Shown: positions 1-13,489 of the stretch, piece by piece
Numbering within the stretch: the first letter of the stretch is position 1
Layout of the letters: each line of letters begins with the position of its first letter
NCBI RefSeq assembly: GCF_039555335.1
Contig: NC_092647.1
Coordinates: forward strand, 18,692,946 to 18,756,945
DNA from: Amphiura filiformis
Taxonomy: Eukaryota
Length of the DNA stretch: 64,000 nucleotides
Direction: 5' to 3'
Program-made: the position numbers and the translations under genes
The notes under the pieces: model-generated
The model's input: only the letters and a program-made list of their open reading frames with translations
What the model was told of the DNA's origin: nothing
Databases searched by the model: none

Positions 1-833
1 ATTCTAACCCTGTTGGGTGATTAAATATGATTTTGCCTACCTGTTCAACAACTTGAAAAATTGGCATTATTAGGACAGTTTTATCACAACAGCTTATGTT
101 AATTCAGAGATTCTAGACATTTACAGACCCAGGACCTAAACAATATATTGTAAAACTTTTTATTTTTAAATATTTCTTACGACAAATCAATGTTTTGAGA
201 ATCTAACAAAAAGGAGTTGAAAATATAAGAAAACAATAACCACTAAGCCAAATATAACAATTTCTAGGAAACTGACAAGTCAGGGGAAAATACTAAATAT
301 CTATAACAACATCCTTACAATTTCAACATGGTTTACAATACACAGAGCATTTAAATTGTTCACTTACATACATTGATAGCAAATTTCACTGTGACAATTA
401 AGGGATCCCTTACAACTAAATCAGAAGCCTAAATTAGCTGCAACTATACACTGTACATACTAATACACACAGTAAGTTTGACTGTAATCTGATATTTTCA
501 CATAAAATCTTCCTTTTTTATCGTAAAAAAATATTTCTGGTACTCACTCTAAAAAAATTTTCAATTTCTGTCAGGAATCTTGTTCACTCTCGTCTGGTGT
601 TTCTAGATGTGTTTCAAAGCCAGCAACACTCTTGTCAGGTTTTGATGATATGCACCGATCACCAGACCAGAGTGAATAAGATTCCTGACAGGAATGGAAA
701 GATTTCTGAATTAAAATGCCAAATCTGCAATGCGATCTGACCCTGATCTGAGTTTTTTCTGTAATTTACGACTGATACTGATGAACATGTTTCATATTCT
801 TTATGTCAATTTTTTCCTGACTACTCAACTCAC

Positions 834-941
834 CTGAGAGTTGTGTTCAGTGTAGGCAGGTGGTTTGGGCATATTTTGGCTAGTCTCAACTTCCACTAGA
901 CGTGATCTCAGCTTCATGTTCTCAACCTCCAGTTCATGCAC
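834..941 (-). CDS. GULP1: GULP1-like exon: [36 protein letters not shown] (coiled-coil / leucine zipper).
   Basis: Acceptor tttgtttcag|gtg and donor cag|gtgagttgag. 36 codons. Aligns to [22 protein letters not shown] of GULP1. Confidence 0.6.
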
Positions 942-956
942 CTGAAACAAAGAGAG

Positions 957-1030
957 CGTGGCGCAATGGTTAGGGTACTTGCCTTTAGTACATGAGGTCC
1001 CGGTTCAATTCCGGCGGTGACGATTGGCTG
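957..1030 (+). repeat. tRNA-derived SINE head / tRNA pseudogene.
   Basis: Box A-like TGGCGCAATGG, and box B/T-arm CCGGTTCAATTCCGG, but the 3' acceptor strand does not pair with the 5' GCGTGGC. Not a functional tRNA. Confidence 0.5.
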
Positions 1031-2021
1031 GGATATTGACTTGGAAAAAAGGTGGAAATAAGCTTCAATAGAGGCCCTTCTTGGGTTATCCATCCAGGGT
1101 TGTCAAAATCCGAACAAATCAAATCAAATTAAAAAATTTAAAAAAAGTAGGTAATGGTGAATCCACCGGACGCGGATACAAAACAAACCAAGGATCAATA
1201 AACGATACAAGAGGACACACCTTCAACAGGCAAACATCTGAACTGAACAGAAAGAGCAAAAGTATACCAACTTGATGTGGGGAAACAAGTTAAGGTTAGC
1301 AACTATTTTTTACTGTTGCTATTTGGTAGTTCACAGTATCTTGCGAATGGTAGTGAGCTTTGGCAACACTTTATAGCGAGAGTGTAGAAGAATTCAAATA
1401 TCACATATATAGAGACCTTCTCTGGGTCCTGGGGCTTGAATTTCAGGGAGACCACCAATGTCATTGCCTGCCCTTCTTCAGCCTTGGTGCCCCAGATATT
1501 TGTCATTCTTCATCACTAGTTGGCTTTGATGCCCTTCTTTGTCTTTGCCCAGTGGCCTTGAAAATTTGAGGCCTGCTGGGTCTATATCGAAAGGAGACAC
1601 TTTTGGGCAGGGTCGTAAATGGAGAAATAGCAAAAAACCTGGCCGGGGGTGATTTTTTCACAATTTGGGTTTATTGCAAATTTGTGAAATTAATAATGTT
1701 TAAAATATTGTCTGATAGTTTCAGACCAGAATATAACTGCCATCTTTTTTCAGCCATTTTTAAGGTCATTCCTACTCTCAAGATTGTCAATAATAGTTTT
1801 AGAGGCTGATATCTATATTTCCAATTTTATAATACCATAACTTACAAACTCAATATCTTCGCTTAGGCTTACGAATGTCCGATTTCATTGGGGAAAACAG
1901 CATTGTGGAGCAAAATATTTCTATATTTAAGATATGTAAAACACTCAAAATTGATAACCTGCCCAAAAGTGTCTCTTTTTGATATACCACGTCACATATC
2001 ATAAAACACCTGTTTGCTTAC

Positions 2022-2138
2022 CTTCTTTTGCAAGGTAATTACTTGTTTCTTCAGTTCCATTTCTTTTCCAGATCCTTGCATAAAATTCTGATAAGCGAGA
2101 TCAAAAGCTTGTCCTACCGTTAATGTAATGTCTTCAGC
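2022..2138 (-). CDS. GULP1: GULP1-like exon: [39 protein letters not shown] (PTB C-terminus).
   Basis: Acceptor ctgaatacag|gct and donor aag|gtaagcaaac. 39 codons. Matches [25 protein letters not shown]. Confidence 0.75.
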
Positions 2139-2872
2139 CTGTATTCAGAATGCATGTATTAATACGGTTAATATCATAGTGCAGATTTTGATTGAGAAAT
2201 CTTTCACATAATGAACTTTTACTCCTTTGCAATGCCAATGTATGTATCTTTAATGGACTTAGTCAAAGGCAAGTCCTGGACTTCAAGCTAAAATGTAAGA
2301 TCTTATAATGTAAAATTGGTTAACATTTTCAAATACGTTTGTGAAGGTTGTCATTCATCCAGGTATAGTCTAATTTTATATTTGATTATACCTGGATGAA
2401 TGTTAAAACTATTCAACTGGACTCACGGTTTTGAGAGGCAACGGTTTCACGCCTTATCCTAGGTGCATCTTCAGGCCGTCTGTTGGTCTGTCGGCAATTG
2501 GTCACTGACCAGTGGCGAGATGGTGTTGCCAGAGGTCATAGATTTAGAGCTTTTTGGTCTCCATTGAACAACAATAAAATCATATTACTTTTCCTGTATC
2601 TAATCAACATGTGAAGTGACCTCCACTTGAGATGAGTCTGGTATTTATTCCTAGCTATTATGTGAAATGGGACACATGTAGCAGCCAACAAGTGCATCGT
2701 TTTGATATGGATGTACACATAATTATACACGTTATACAGGCATGAGACTGTACTTTCCTAAAAAAACTGAAAATGCATGGGAAATTAGGCAAAAAAGTAC
2801 CCAAAAAAACTGACTTCGGTTTTAAAACTGAAAATTCTCATGCCTGAAGTTATTTGTGCCCTGCTGACTTAC

Positions 2873-3010
2873 CGCCTTTTCACTTTCCATCACATAACAG
2901 ACGTGTGTCTCGGTGGTTTCTTCTTTGGAAATGAAGGCACAGATTTTCTTGTCTGATTTGTCGTCTGCACAGTATGAGATTCGATGCAATGGAAATGTGT
3001 GTAATTTAGC
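2873..3010 (-). CDS. GULP1: GULP1-like exon: [46 protein letters not shown] (PTB core).
   Basis: Acceptor attttgcag|gct and donor gcg|gtaagtcag. 46 codons. Matches [22 protein letters not shown]...HLCYVFDSEK. Confidence 0.75.
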
Positions 3011-3099
3011 CTGCAAAATAATATAGAAACAATTCAAATTTGAGTACACAAACAAGAAAGGTGAAATGGGGTATTCCAGTTGTAATCCATAAACCCCTA

Positions 3100-3470
3100 T
3101 ACATGACCTTCATCTTCCTATATGGGAGACTAGGGATAAATTTTCCATAGGGAGTGTATTGATTTTAAATGGAATAGCTCACACACTATGGGCTATTGCA
3201 TTTAAAATCCACACTCCCCCTGTGGAAGATTTTGGAAATATTTTCCATAGGGGGAGTATGAATTTCAGATAGAATGAACACATTAGGCAGCTCCATTTGA
3301 ATTTCATACACCCTCTGAGAAAGATTCAACTTTATAATCTTCCACAGAAGGAGGGAGAGTTTCAATTGGACCTGCTGTGTTCATTCCATCTGAAATTCAT
3401 ATTCCCCTGTGGAAGATATTTCCAAAATCTTCCACAGGGGTAGTGTGGATTTTAAATGGAATAGCCCTAT
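3100..3470. mobile_element. Palindromic MITE family copy ('cttccacagggggagtgtggattttaaatggaatagc' core).
   Basis: Internally inverted structure. Five related copies lie at 11060..11335, 30045..30290, 37262..37480, 45788..45975 and 57505..57780. Confidence 0.7.
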
Positions 3471-3771
3471 CTGCTCACCTATAACGCTTTAGGGACGTCC
3501 ACACAGAGAGCTCTTTGCTTAACAAGCACTTTTGCTAGAAGATCGTAAATCACTTAAGAAGTATGTGCCCTCATCTCTGTTAGGGTCATAAGACATGTTT
3601 ACGATCCACTACTGAAGTCTGCGAAGAGACTAAGGAACACTGGAAACCACTCAAACTTGTTTGCTAGGAAAGTGGATCAGACAACCAATACAGTCATACC
3701 TGATAAAGTCCTCTGATGTGTAGGCCGAAAAATTGTAGCAACTAAAAAACTTTCAAAATGTTTGTTTTTAC

Positions 3772-3870
3772 CTTGGTTTGTCTATTCTGTATGCCGACAC
3801 CGCTAGCTGAGATTGTCAGCTCTACTTTAGGTGGCTTCTCACCCTCTGTGCGTTTTACTTGTTTGTTAAA
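3772..3870 (-). CDS. GULP1: GULP1-like exon: [33 protein letters not shown] (start of PTB).
   Basis: Acceptor ttgttcaacag|ttt and donor aag|gtaaaaac. 33 codons in phase 0. Matches [33 protein letters not shown]. Confidence 0.7.
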
Positions 3871-4329
3871 CTGTTGAACAAAAAAAATGTAAATCAGGTA
3901 AAATATAAAACACTTCATGTGATCATGTCAAATGAAAATTAAAGCATGTACATGGGCAATTCCAAGCACATCATTCGGAATCATGTCATCATCACATAAG
4001 CACCTCAATCACTGTTCAACAAATCTTCCTATACCTTTGTACAGGAGCCAACCGTTGTTAAACCGTGATGAACCCACACTTTTACTGTAGGGTATACGCG
4101 AACGCGAGCGAGACTACGCGTTTTTTTTGTCATGCCTGGAACATTTGTGCGTATGCCAGCTTACAAGTTGAATTCAGTATTTTTCAGGTAGCGGCTAAAC
4201 ATTGCTGTTTTATTCTGTAGTTTTATTGCTGATATCAAAAGAGAAATCATCGGAAGTTTTTGTAAGGCTGAGTGGCAGTGATTAACTGACATTCCTCGTA
4301 AAATAATCGTGAATTATACGATATTTAGC

Positions 4330-4480
4330 TTCTTTTCGTTGTTGAAAGGGATTCAATCATGTTTCACCGTTGTTCATCACCGTTTAACAACTCGCGTCCG
4401 GCGTGTCTGCATGGTTTACTTCGCAGATGACGCGGCCGCATCGTTGTTAAACGGAGATGAACAACGGTGAAACATGATTG
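4330..4480. repeat. Perfect ~45-bp inverted repeat / hairpin (MITE-like).
   Basis: gggattcaatcatgtttcaccgttgttcatcaccgtttaacaac ... gttgttaaacggagatgaacaacggtgaaacatgattgaatccc. Confidence 0.8.
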
Positions 4481-4731
4481 AATCCCTAAATCAATTTGCA
4501 TAGCATTGTGTCACACAGGCGCAACCTAGTTCTTAAATACGCTATCGGTCGACCAGTGCAAAAAATCTTTGCAAAAATTGTGGTTAAAATAAAAAACATA
4601 GCAAAGAGACAACATAATTACAATGAGATGGAGATGGTATAACAGAAGGCCAAAGCTTGAAGCTGCCACATTGTCTAAACTTACTTTTTATCATATTATA
4701 TTCTTTATGTAAGAATAACTGCACTACTTAC

Positions 4732-4796
4732 TTTGAGTTTTCTTACTGCTTCCCTCACAACTTCTGAACCTTTTGAGCTGTCTACTGTTGTGCTTC
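4732..4796 (-). CDS. GULP1: GULP1-like exon: (L)[22 protein letters not shown]. Starts in phase 2 and ends in phase 0.
   Basis: Acceptor cttttag|ga and donor aaa|gtaagtag on the minus strand. Matches [13 protein letters not shown] of GULP1. Confidence 0.55.
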
Positions 4797-4865
4797 CTAA
4801 AAGCTGTAACAAGGCACACAAATGTAGTATAAGTTGTATAACAGTAAGCATACCATCAGGACATG

Positions 4866-5880
4866 TAAATCCACCTTTTTCGGTAAATCCCAAAAGCCTT
4901 TGCGAGTAGACCTGAAAAGTCACCTTTTTTCGTAAATCCCAAAAGCCTTTAAGAGTAGACCTGAAAATTCACCTTTTTCGTAAATCCCAAAAGCCTTTGC
5001 AGTAGACCTGAAAATTCACCTTTTTCGGTAAATCCCAAAAGCCTTTAAGAGTAGACCTGAAAATTCACCTTTTTCGTAAATCCCAAAAGCCTAAGTTGCG
5101 AGTAGACCTGAAAATTCACCTTTTTCGTAAATCCAAAAAGCCTTTAAGAGTAGACCTGAAAATTCACCTTTTTTCGGTAAATCCCAAAAGCCTTTGAGTA
5201 GACCTGAAAATTCACCTTTTTCGGTAAATCCCAAAAGCCTAAGTTGCGAGTAGACCTGAAAATTCACCTTTTTCGGTAAATCCCAAAAGCCTTTGCGAGT
5301 AGACCTGGAAATTCACCTTTTTCGGTAAATCCCAAAAGCCTTTGCGAGTAGACCTGAAAATTCACCTTTTTCGGTAAATCCCAAAAGCCTTTCTTGAGTA
5401 GACCTGAAATTCACCTTTTTCGTAAATCCCAAAAGCCTTTATTGAGTAGACCTGAAAATTCACCTTTTTCGTAAATCCCAAAAGCCTTTGCGAGTAGTAG
5501 ACCTGAAAATTCACCTTTTTCGGTAAATCCCAAAAGCCTTTAGAGCGAGTAGATCTGGAAATTCACCTTTTTCGGTAAATCCCAAAAGCCTTTGCGAGTA
5601 GACCTGAAAATTCACCTTTTTCGGTAAATCCCAAAAGCCTTTGCGAGTAGACCTGAAAATTCACCTTTTTCGAAATTCCTGGAAATTCACCTTTTTCGGT
5701 AAATCCCAAAAGCCTTTGCGGGTAGACCTGGAAATTCACCTTTTTCGGTAAATCCCAAAAGCCTTTGCGAGTAGACCTGAAAATTCACCTTTTTCGGTAA
5801 ATCCCAAAAGCCTTTGCGAGTAGACCTGAAATTCACCTTTTTCGGTAAATCCCAAAAGCCTTTGCGGGTAGACCTGAAAT
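4866..5880. repeat. Minisatellite: ~58-62-bp unit repeated ~17 times (gacctgaaaattcacctttttcggtaaatcccaaaagcctttgcgagta).
   Basis: Direct tandem periodicity is visible across 1 kb. Lies in a GULP1-like intron and is flanked by hairpin elements at 4330..4480 and 5880..5990. Confidence 0.9.
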
Positions 5881-7879
5881 GTCGTCACGCCGATGCGCAC
5901 ATCGTTACTGCGCACTTCACAGCTTTGAAATGCGCAGAAACGATGTTTGCTAAACAATGTGCACATCGGCATGACATCAAATGACGATATCTCAGATCTA
6001 CCCGGCTTATAGGATTTATTGAAAAGGTCATTAATGGCAAAGGCACTCTAATGTAAACACAGGATAGTGGTGAGAACACTGTGAGTGCATGAAAAAAAAG
6101 TCAAAGATGCTTTTCACTGGGAATCCATAACAAACAATAAATTTTCAACAGGTACCAGTAACTAATTATCGTTAAGGTGGGGAAGTCCATAACATACTTT
6201 AAATTTTTGCATGATGTATGCATCATTTGGACCAGTATGATGTCTTTTGAGTTGTAACATTTTAGTCCCCAGTATTAGATTTAATTTACAAAATAATGAA
6301 CTACTGGATGAATAATCTACACCAAGATACAAGATGGTAATATACTTTGTTTCACTCTGACTTTGATAGTAATGTCCATGACTTTACTAGTTGTACTGCA
6401 GGCATGGCAACATACTGCCCTTTGTATGCGAGTGGTACTCTGCAGGATAAGGTTAGCACACATGATTTGATAGCGCAACAAGCCAAATAATGCACTTCTA
6501 CGCATGTACGTTCTGGCTCTGTGTTATTTCTGTTGTGTGGCAAGAATTGCAGTGGCTCTAATGGAAGCTGTAATTTGAAAATTCGAGTCCAAGACTTCTC
6601 AAGATTTCACCTTAAAACTTATTTTCATAATCATTATTGTTAAACCTACCTTAACATTATATACTACATGGCCACTGGTTAGTGCCTGTGGGGGATGAAT
6701 CCACTGCTTCACAGCTGAAATGATAAGAATATATTATCAATCAAATGCAAATGAATACCTAAGTGGAAGAACGGCTCAACTCCACCATTTCAAAAAATGA
6801 GTTAGATGCAGTATTTTATTGCTAGCACTTCTTCCTTGTGAGTGAAAGAAGGCCTCAAATCCACTCTCTAAGTCTTCCATGGTTTCCATGAAGAAAGGCC
6901 CAACTCCATGGAGATGGGCCTTTCTGCCACAAATATTGGGTACATTATGGAGGAAAGGCCCAACTCTGGCTCATATTAAGACTTGTATCGTTGCCATGGA
7001 ATCATCATATATCATTTTACATGTATGTAATAATATATGTTCATGTATTAAATGTCCCTAAAGATGAAAACATTCTGGCTCTAAAGCTTTTCCAAATCAT
7101 GTGATGTGATCAAACAAAATCAGTCAGAAGTCAGAAATATCGATCTTGAGATATAGCCAAACAAAGAAAGAATTTCATTTTGTTTCCTATTGTTTTGAAA
7201 ACTCTTTAACCGCCCACATCTTTCGAACTGGTTGTCCACATTCAATGTGGTTTTCTGCAAAATGTAGCTTTGCAAATACTGTTTACAATCTTGTAAGAAA
7301 CTGAAAATTGAATATGTCCGGCTTCAGACTGACTTTGCTAGATCACACCAAATATGAAGTTTTTTCTTAATATCTCAAAACCAGTTTTGATGGAGTTGGG
7401 CCCTTCTTCCTCTTGGGTATTCAATTACTTACCTAAAGTACTTTACCTTATTGACCCCCCGGGAACGCTTCAAGATGCCAGAAACGCTTCAAGATGATTA
7501 GTGAATGGTGTTACCTTTAGTGTTAAGATATTTTTAAAACTCTTTCCACATGGGTGTTTATTGGAGACGACAAGTTCCAATTTTTTCTTTTAATTCAAAA
7601 ATTTCAGAAATGTACATTTTCATGAACATATTTAGAATCATAAAAATGCATTAAAATTAGTACAAGCCTAGTACTGGTTTAGTGTTTTTGAGATAGCTCT
7701 TGATATTTTGGGGAAATATCACAAAACTTGGGTTTTATTATGTTAAGAATGTGGTTAGCATGCACAGCATTAAGGGGGTTCGAAATGATGTTTCTGGAAA
7801 ACAGAAACTGAATTTAGAACCATTTGAATAGATTGAATAAGTTAAGCTAAATACACTGAGCAAAATATTTTTTGTTTGA

Positions 7880-8445
7880 AGGAAATCGGACATACGGTTG
7901 TCAAGATATACATGTTTTTAGTTTCTTTGTATTCTATTGTTTTTGCCAATATATTGATGAAGTTAATGAGGAAAATTGGCATAATGTGCTCTGAATATTC
8001 ATGTTTGCCAATATTATACCAATATCTTATGAATAAACCTTCATACTACTTTTATTTTATATGATTTTGACATGAAACTTTGCCAATGTGTTTCTATGGC
8101 CTAAAACATTAACATGTGATTTTCCGCCCTCTAATTTGCATATTTGCATAATTAATTAGCATTATACTTAAGGCTAATTAATTATGCAAATATGCAAATT
8201 AGATGGGCGGGAAAATCACATGTTAAAGGTTTAGGTCATAGAGACACATTGGCAAAGTTTCAGGTCAAAATTCTTAAAGATAAAAGTAGTATGAAGGTTT
8301 ATTCATAAAATATTGGGAAAATATTGGCAAAAATTAATATTAATGAGCACATTTTGCCAATTTTCCTCATTAACTTCATCAATATATTGGCAAAAAACAA
8401 TAGAATACAAAGAATCTTTCAACAGCAATATCTCAAAAACCGTTT
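7880..8445. repeat. Long near-perfect palindrome (~280-bp arms) centred at ~8165.
   Basis: 7900..8160 is the reverse complement of 8165..8430. For example gccctctaatttgcatatttgcataattaatt pairs with aattaattatgcaaatatgcaaattagatgggcggg, and gccaatatattgatgaagttaatgaggaaaattggc pairs with gccaattttcctcattaacttcatcaatatattggc. Confidence 0.85.
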
Positions 8446-11059
8446 GTCCGATTTAACTCATTTTTTGGAATTAAGATTATTTTGCATATCTCTCTGCAAC
8501 AAGTCTATTTTAATCTCAATCAGAGCAACTTGATTTTGCCTTTCGTACCACCTTAAGGTTTCAGATTATTAGGACTATGATTAGGATCATTGTATGGGTA
8601 TGGAAGGTTTAAGTTAGGACTAGGATTATCAATGTTCATGTTAAGGTTAGGGTTAGGGTTAGAATTTTAAAAAGCATTAGATTAAGATTACTTCCTATTC
8701 CAGAAAAATGCAGCACTGATGTTTTTGGATTTAAAAAAATATTATCTTGTTTTGCCAAATGACACATAGCTGAATCCTAATCCTTTACTTAGTTCTAAAT
8801 GACAATTAAAGTTAAATTTTAATATTTGGTTAGATATGCATTCTACTTTTTGGAATTTAACCCATTTTCTAATCTTTTTCATAACCAACTATCAACAAAA
8901 ATAACAAAATATTAAAATAATGAGCTAACTCTTTGATACTCTATGTAGATTTTGTATATAGTTAAAGACTTGTGCAAAGTCTTATAATTTTGTAACTATT
9001 TGCCTCAAATTGCAAAAATATCAAAAATTTACTTTTTATTGCCAGGTAGAACTAAATAAAGGATTAGAATTTAAATATGTTTCATTTGGCAAAACAAATA
9101 TTTTTTAATCCCAAAATATTAGCGATGTATTTTTCTGGAATCAGGAGAAGTTAGTACTTTTTGTGACTAACAACTCACTTTTACTTGATCACAACACCTA
9201 CATGTACAATGCAGCAAAATCTTTGAGAAATTGTTGAGAAACCAATTAAAAGAATATTATTTTTGGATTGAAAAAAATATTATCCTGTTTTGCCAAATGA
9301 CAAATAGCTAAATCTTAAAGTAACCTTTAGTTAGTTCTTCTAACTGGCAATTAAAGTAAAATTTTGAAAGCTTTGCAATATTTTTGAATAGGTCAAAAGC
9401 ATGCAATTTTGCATGATTTCTTACCATTTCAGTCCCTTGGCACAAGTCTAAGCATTCAAAATGTGTAGTATAGGATCTGAGTTTGTTATGTTTATTTTGG
9501 TAATTGGTTATAAAAGATATTAGAAAATGCATAGGCTTAGTCCAAGTCTTTAGGCTTGATTGTCACAGCATACGAAAGACACAACACACATTTTTGGCCT
9601 TTGTTTCCAAAAATTGGCCAAATATTAAAATTTTACTTTGATTGAAAGTTAGAACCAACTAAAGGATTAGGATTTAGCTATGTTTCACTTGGCAAAACAA
9701 GATAATATTTTTAATCCCACAAAAATTAGTGCTGTATGTTTCTGGAATAGTGAATAGATCCCTCCCTCCCCCAGCCAATATCATTTCAGATCTTCACCCC
9801 CACTGACCCATGCACTTGTCACTCATCCCGGTTTCAGGACCAGAGCTTACCAACCTCACTCCCATCCAACTTTGTTCCCAAAGATATTTTTATCAAAACA
9901 TACTACATTTTTTAAGTTTCCTAAAATGAGAAGTCGAAACTGCTCTAAAAAGCTATATTTCACATATCGTAAGCCTGCTACGCTAATTGCCTAAGTCGTT
10001 TTTTGTAGTTTTGAAAACAAAGAACAAAATGTGGTTCAAGCACGTAATCACCCTAATTATTTCTCATTATTCCCTTTCATTTGTATCATTATCATTGGTT
10101 CTTGTGCAAATATTGGTGAATAAATATGTTTAAATGCATGTTTGAACCATATTTTGTACTTTGTTGTCAAAATGACTTAGGCAATTAGCATAGCAGGCTG
10201 GCAATATAACATGTCCAAAATTGTTACAACTGTTGCTTGTGGGGTAGCTTTGACTTCACCTGAAGTTTTCTCACTTGTCTCCTCACATCTTATCTGTCCT
10301 CTGGCATGGACTGCTGACAATCTGTTGCATAAACCCATGAGTACTACCTGCTGATTGGTTACAAGTAGACTATTATGATTTATTGTTCACCAATCAGCAA
10401 CATGGTAAGAATGGTGGTAGGGCTGAAGTGGATTGAGCTTAAATACTTAGAAGGTGTATTTATTTGTTCAAACAGATAAGTGTATATTTTTTTTAAAAAG
10501 CGACACGGCTAAACATTGATCCACAAGCATCAGCTCACTTTTACAGGTTATTGCTGATGACCACTATGGCCCACATCATTCCATAAACCATTAAACAACA
10601 CCACAGGGATTTGCTGCTGAGAAGCGCACACCCTAGACATTCCACAATTGACCTTTACAGCCAGGATCAGCTCCCTAAGTTTCGTACGGGTTACAACGAG
10701 ACAATTAGCTGTAAGTTCCTTGTCCAGGGGAATTTCAAGCTTCATGTAACTCAAATTGTTAGCGTACTAGCCACCACCGGGGTTTGAACCCGCAACCTCT
10801 CGCACCATAGCCGAATGCCTTATCGATTGAACTAATTTGATTGCATACTTACATGTAACCAATCAGACAGGTATATAGTACGGTACTTAGTTCTCAGGGG
10901 GTTACAAAATATTGTTGCAACTATTGTTTGCGGTGCAGTTTTTGGCTTGAATGGTAGGTCCCACCCTCCCCATCCCACCCCATCTAGGCCATCTGACTCC
11001 ATTCGCACAATGGGGGCTACCAACTATCCCCAAAATGCTCCCCACTCCCCATCATATTA

Positions 11060-11335
11060 CAATGGGATTTTCCATTTAACATCCACACTACCCCTGTAGA
11101 AGATTTTGGAAGTATCTTCCACAGGAAGAGAATGAATTTCAAATGGAATGAACACATTAGGCAGCCCCACTTGAATTTCATACAAACTCTGAGAAAGATT
11201 CAACCTGAATCCTCCACTGAGGGAGGGCAAGTTTCAAATAGTTGATTAATGTGCTAATTCCATTTGAAATTCCTTCCGTTTGAAATACCTTCCACAATCT
11301 TCCACAGGGGGAGTGTGGACTTAATGGAATAACCC
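11060..11335. mobile_element. MITE family copy.
   Basis: Same core motif: ccacagggggagtgtggacttaatggaataac, with ttccacaggaagagaatgaatttcaaatggaatgaacacattaggcag. Confidence 0.65.
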
Positions 11336-13489
11336 AACACAAGCTATGCATACTTACAAGTTCTTTGCTGGTTGGCTTTTCTCATTGTTTTCTTTGTTAC
11401 AAAATGGAAGCTACACAAAATATGAAGTGCTGCATAAAGTATAGTAATTCCTACTCCAATTCTCTTCCTCTTCTCTCAATCTGCTGGTACGAGGATTAAG
11501 AAAAAAAACACAATGTGAGAATGATCAGTACTACATGTAAAGGGATAGGCCTACACAGGGATGGAAATTAGCACCATCCGATTGCAAGTGATGAGTAAAT
11601 AAGGGACCTGGCTGGTACAGTTTCAAAATCACCAGCCTGCATGGTATAAAGTAACATTTCCACAGCCTAAAACCATAGAAATCTATGCTAAGACCCACAA
11701 GAATTATCCAAAGCAGTGCCAGATTGCATGGTCGTGTTCTGCCCTCTGACATGTTCTTTTCTTGACACAAAATATATTCTCTTTGTTCCAACTCAATGCT
11801 CTGCATGGCCACAGTAAAGCTAAAAAATTGCTATGTCTCAATGCCTTTGTACATGTATGTAAGTACACAGCAGCCATACATTTAACATTTTGGTTCATTT
11901 ACAGAACTGAAGTATCAATTGTTTATACCTCTAATCAAATCAAGTAAATTTTGTTCAAAATATTTCTTAGAATTTCATTATTTTACTGCAAAATACTAAA
12001 AAAATCTGAAGGAAATGAAAAAAAAAATATTTATAGCCTAAACAGTCCGCTTATGACAGGGATAGTGACCAGCCAGCTAGCAGGGTCAGAACACATGTGG
12101 GGATTTGTCACCAGTAATTACTCGAGAAGTTGTAGCCTTGAATTTGCTTGTTTATAGCTTCACATTCATAAGAGTCCTGTGCTATATGGAGCATGGCATC
12201 GTGTAAAGTACGGTACCACAACGGGTGATAGCATCAAAAGCATTCTAAAATTGCACTTCAACTAAATTTTTGACTGTTCAATATAAAGGCTACCTTTGCT
12301 CTAGACTACCCCGTAGTCCACTTGCCCATTGTGCATACTCTGGATATTGTATTTAAGCTTAAAACTCTGATTTAATTAATGTGTGCACAATTGATAGATT
12401 TTCACATCTGATCTTTTCAGTCACCCTACTCCCTCTGTTTGTTAGCTTCCCAAGTGGACTACTGACATTGGATTGCGGTTTACATGCTTAACACGGCTGT
12501 CTATGAGCTTCTATGGATGAGATTGTCGGAAATCTGGCCTACTAAAATTGGCGATGATGTAATGCATCTTCAAATGGATCTGGCTTGTGATTGGTCGCCC
12601 AGATCTCGTTATGGTTTAAATCCTCCGGGTACCTGTCATTACCATTAATAACTACATGGTACACAAGTATGTGGCCTCGCCGCCTTTTGTGTGTTGTGTA
12701 ATTGCATGAACAGCGTCAGTAAGTCAATGAGCGCGTCTTGTATTTGCTTATGTTAAATTTGATTGATAAACAAGTATGATTGACAGTGTGAGTGTTAGGG
12801 ACTTTGCCTGTTCAAAATCACGCTTTTAATTGAATGTCCATAGTCTATTTTAACCTGGAATTTCGCGATTAATAAACTGGCAGATTCTAAAATCAGAATT
12901 TTTCAGTACTGAAGTGCCAATACAATTATGACATTATGATATGTTGCATTCAATAATATAAGCCACTTTACTTTTACTGTCACTAATATAATTATATTAA
13001 CTTTTTCATAACAATTTTATACTAGTATTTTGATGTATTAAATATCAGTATAATTTCGAGTTCAACTGAATGCTTTCATCATGATTAACATGCTTTTATT
13101 TATCAAAAATAGACTATGGCATAGTCTACCTTTGCTCTAAAGATACAGTTGATTCATCAAAATAACTTGGCTTCTGAATTTAGACATCAACATAATATCT
13201 AACATGCATTGCAAAAATAATGAATAATGAAATAGTTGCCTCATTATGGTTTGAAAAAAATGTTACAATAAATATCGACTTTCATTTTGATCACCACTTT
13301 GCCTTATTCAAAATGTTACAACAGGGATGAAAGTCCACTTTTGACAAAAACCTTGAAACACAGCATGAAAATGACTAGAATGGAACTAAAACGGGCTGAA
13401 AATAAAAGAAAGTGCTGAAATCTCGACTACAAAAAAGCCAGTGAATTCAGGCAAAAGCCTAAAAACTTGCATAACATACATGTACATGT

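Larger units (their letters stand above)
834..4796 (-). other. GULP1: Span of the GULP1/CED-6-like PTB adaptor gene inside the window. Exons mapped are aa ~32 onward; more 5' exons are not located, and 3' exons lie beyond the window start.
   Basis: Five phase-0 exons on the minus strand. Concatenated they read ...[163 protein letters not shown]... This matches the GULP1/CED-6 PTB domain plus leucine-zipper region as remembered ([68 protein letters not shown]). Confidence 0.7.

Noticed and set aside
957-1030. Possible tRNA gene, or a vault-RNA-like pol III gene next to TEP1
   Set aside because: A and B boxes are present, but the acceptor stem cannot pair (5' GCGTGGC versus 3' ...cggtgacg) and there is no downstream T-run. 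It is best explained as a tRNA-derived SINE head. The same applies to the tRNA-like segments at 10755..10835, 24420..24650, 27595..27725 and 58165..58420.
12590-12720. Candidate promoter or first non-coding exon (inverted CCAAT plus gtaagt donor)
   Set aside because: Purely motif-based and very weak evidence, so it is kept only as a low-interest note under the intergenic finding.
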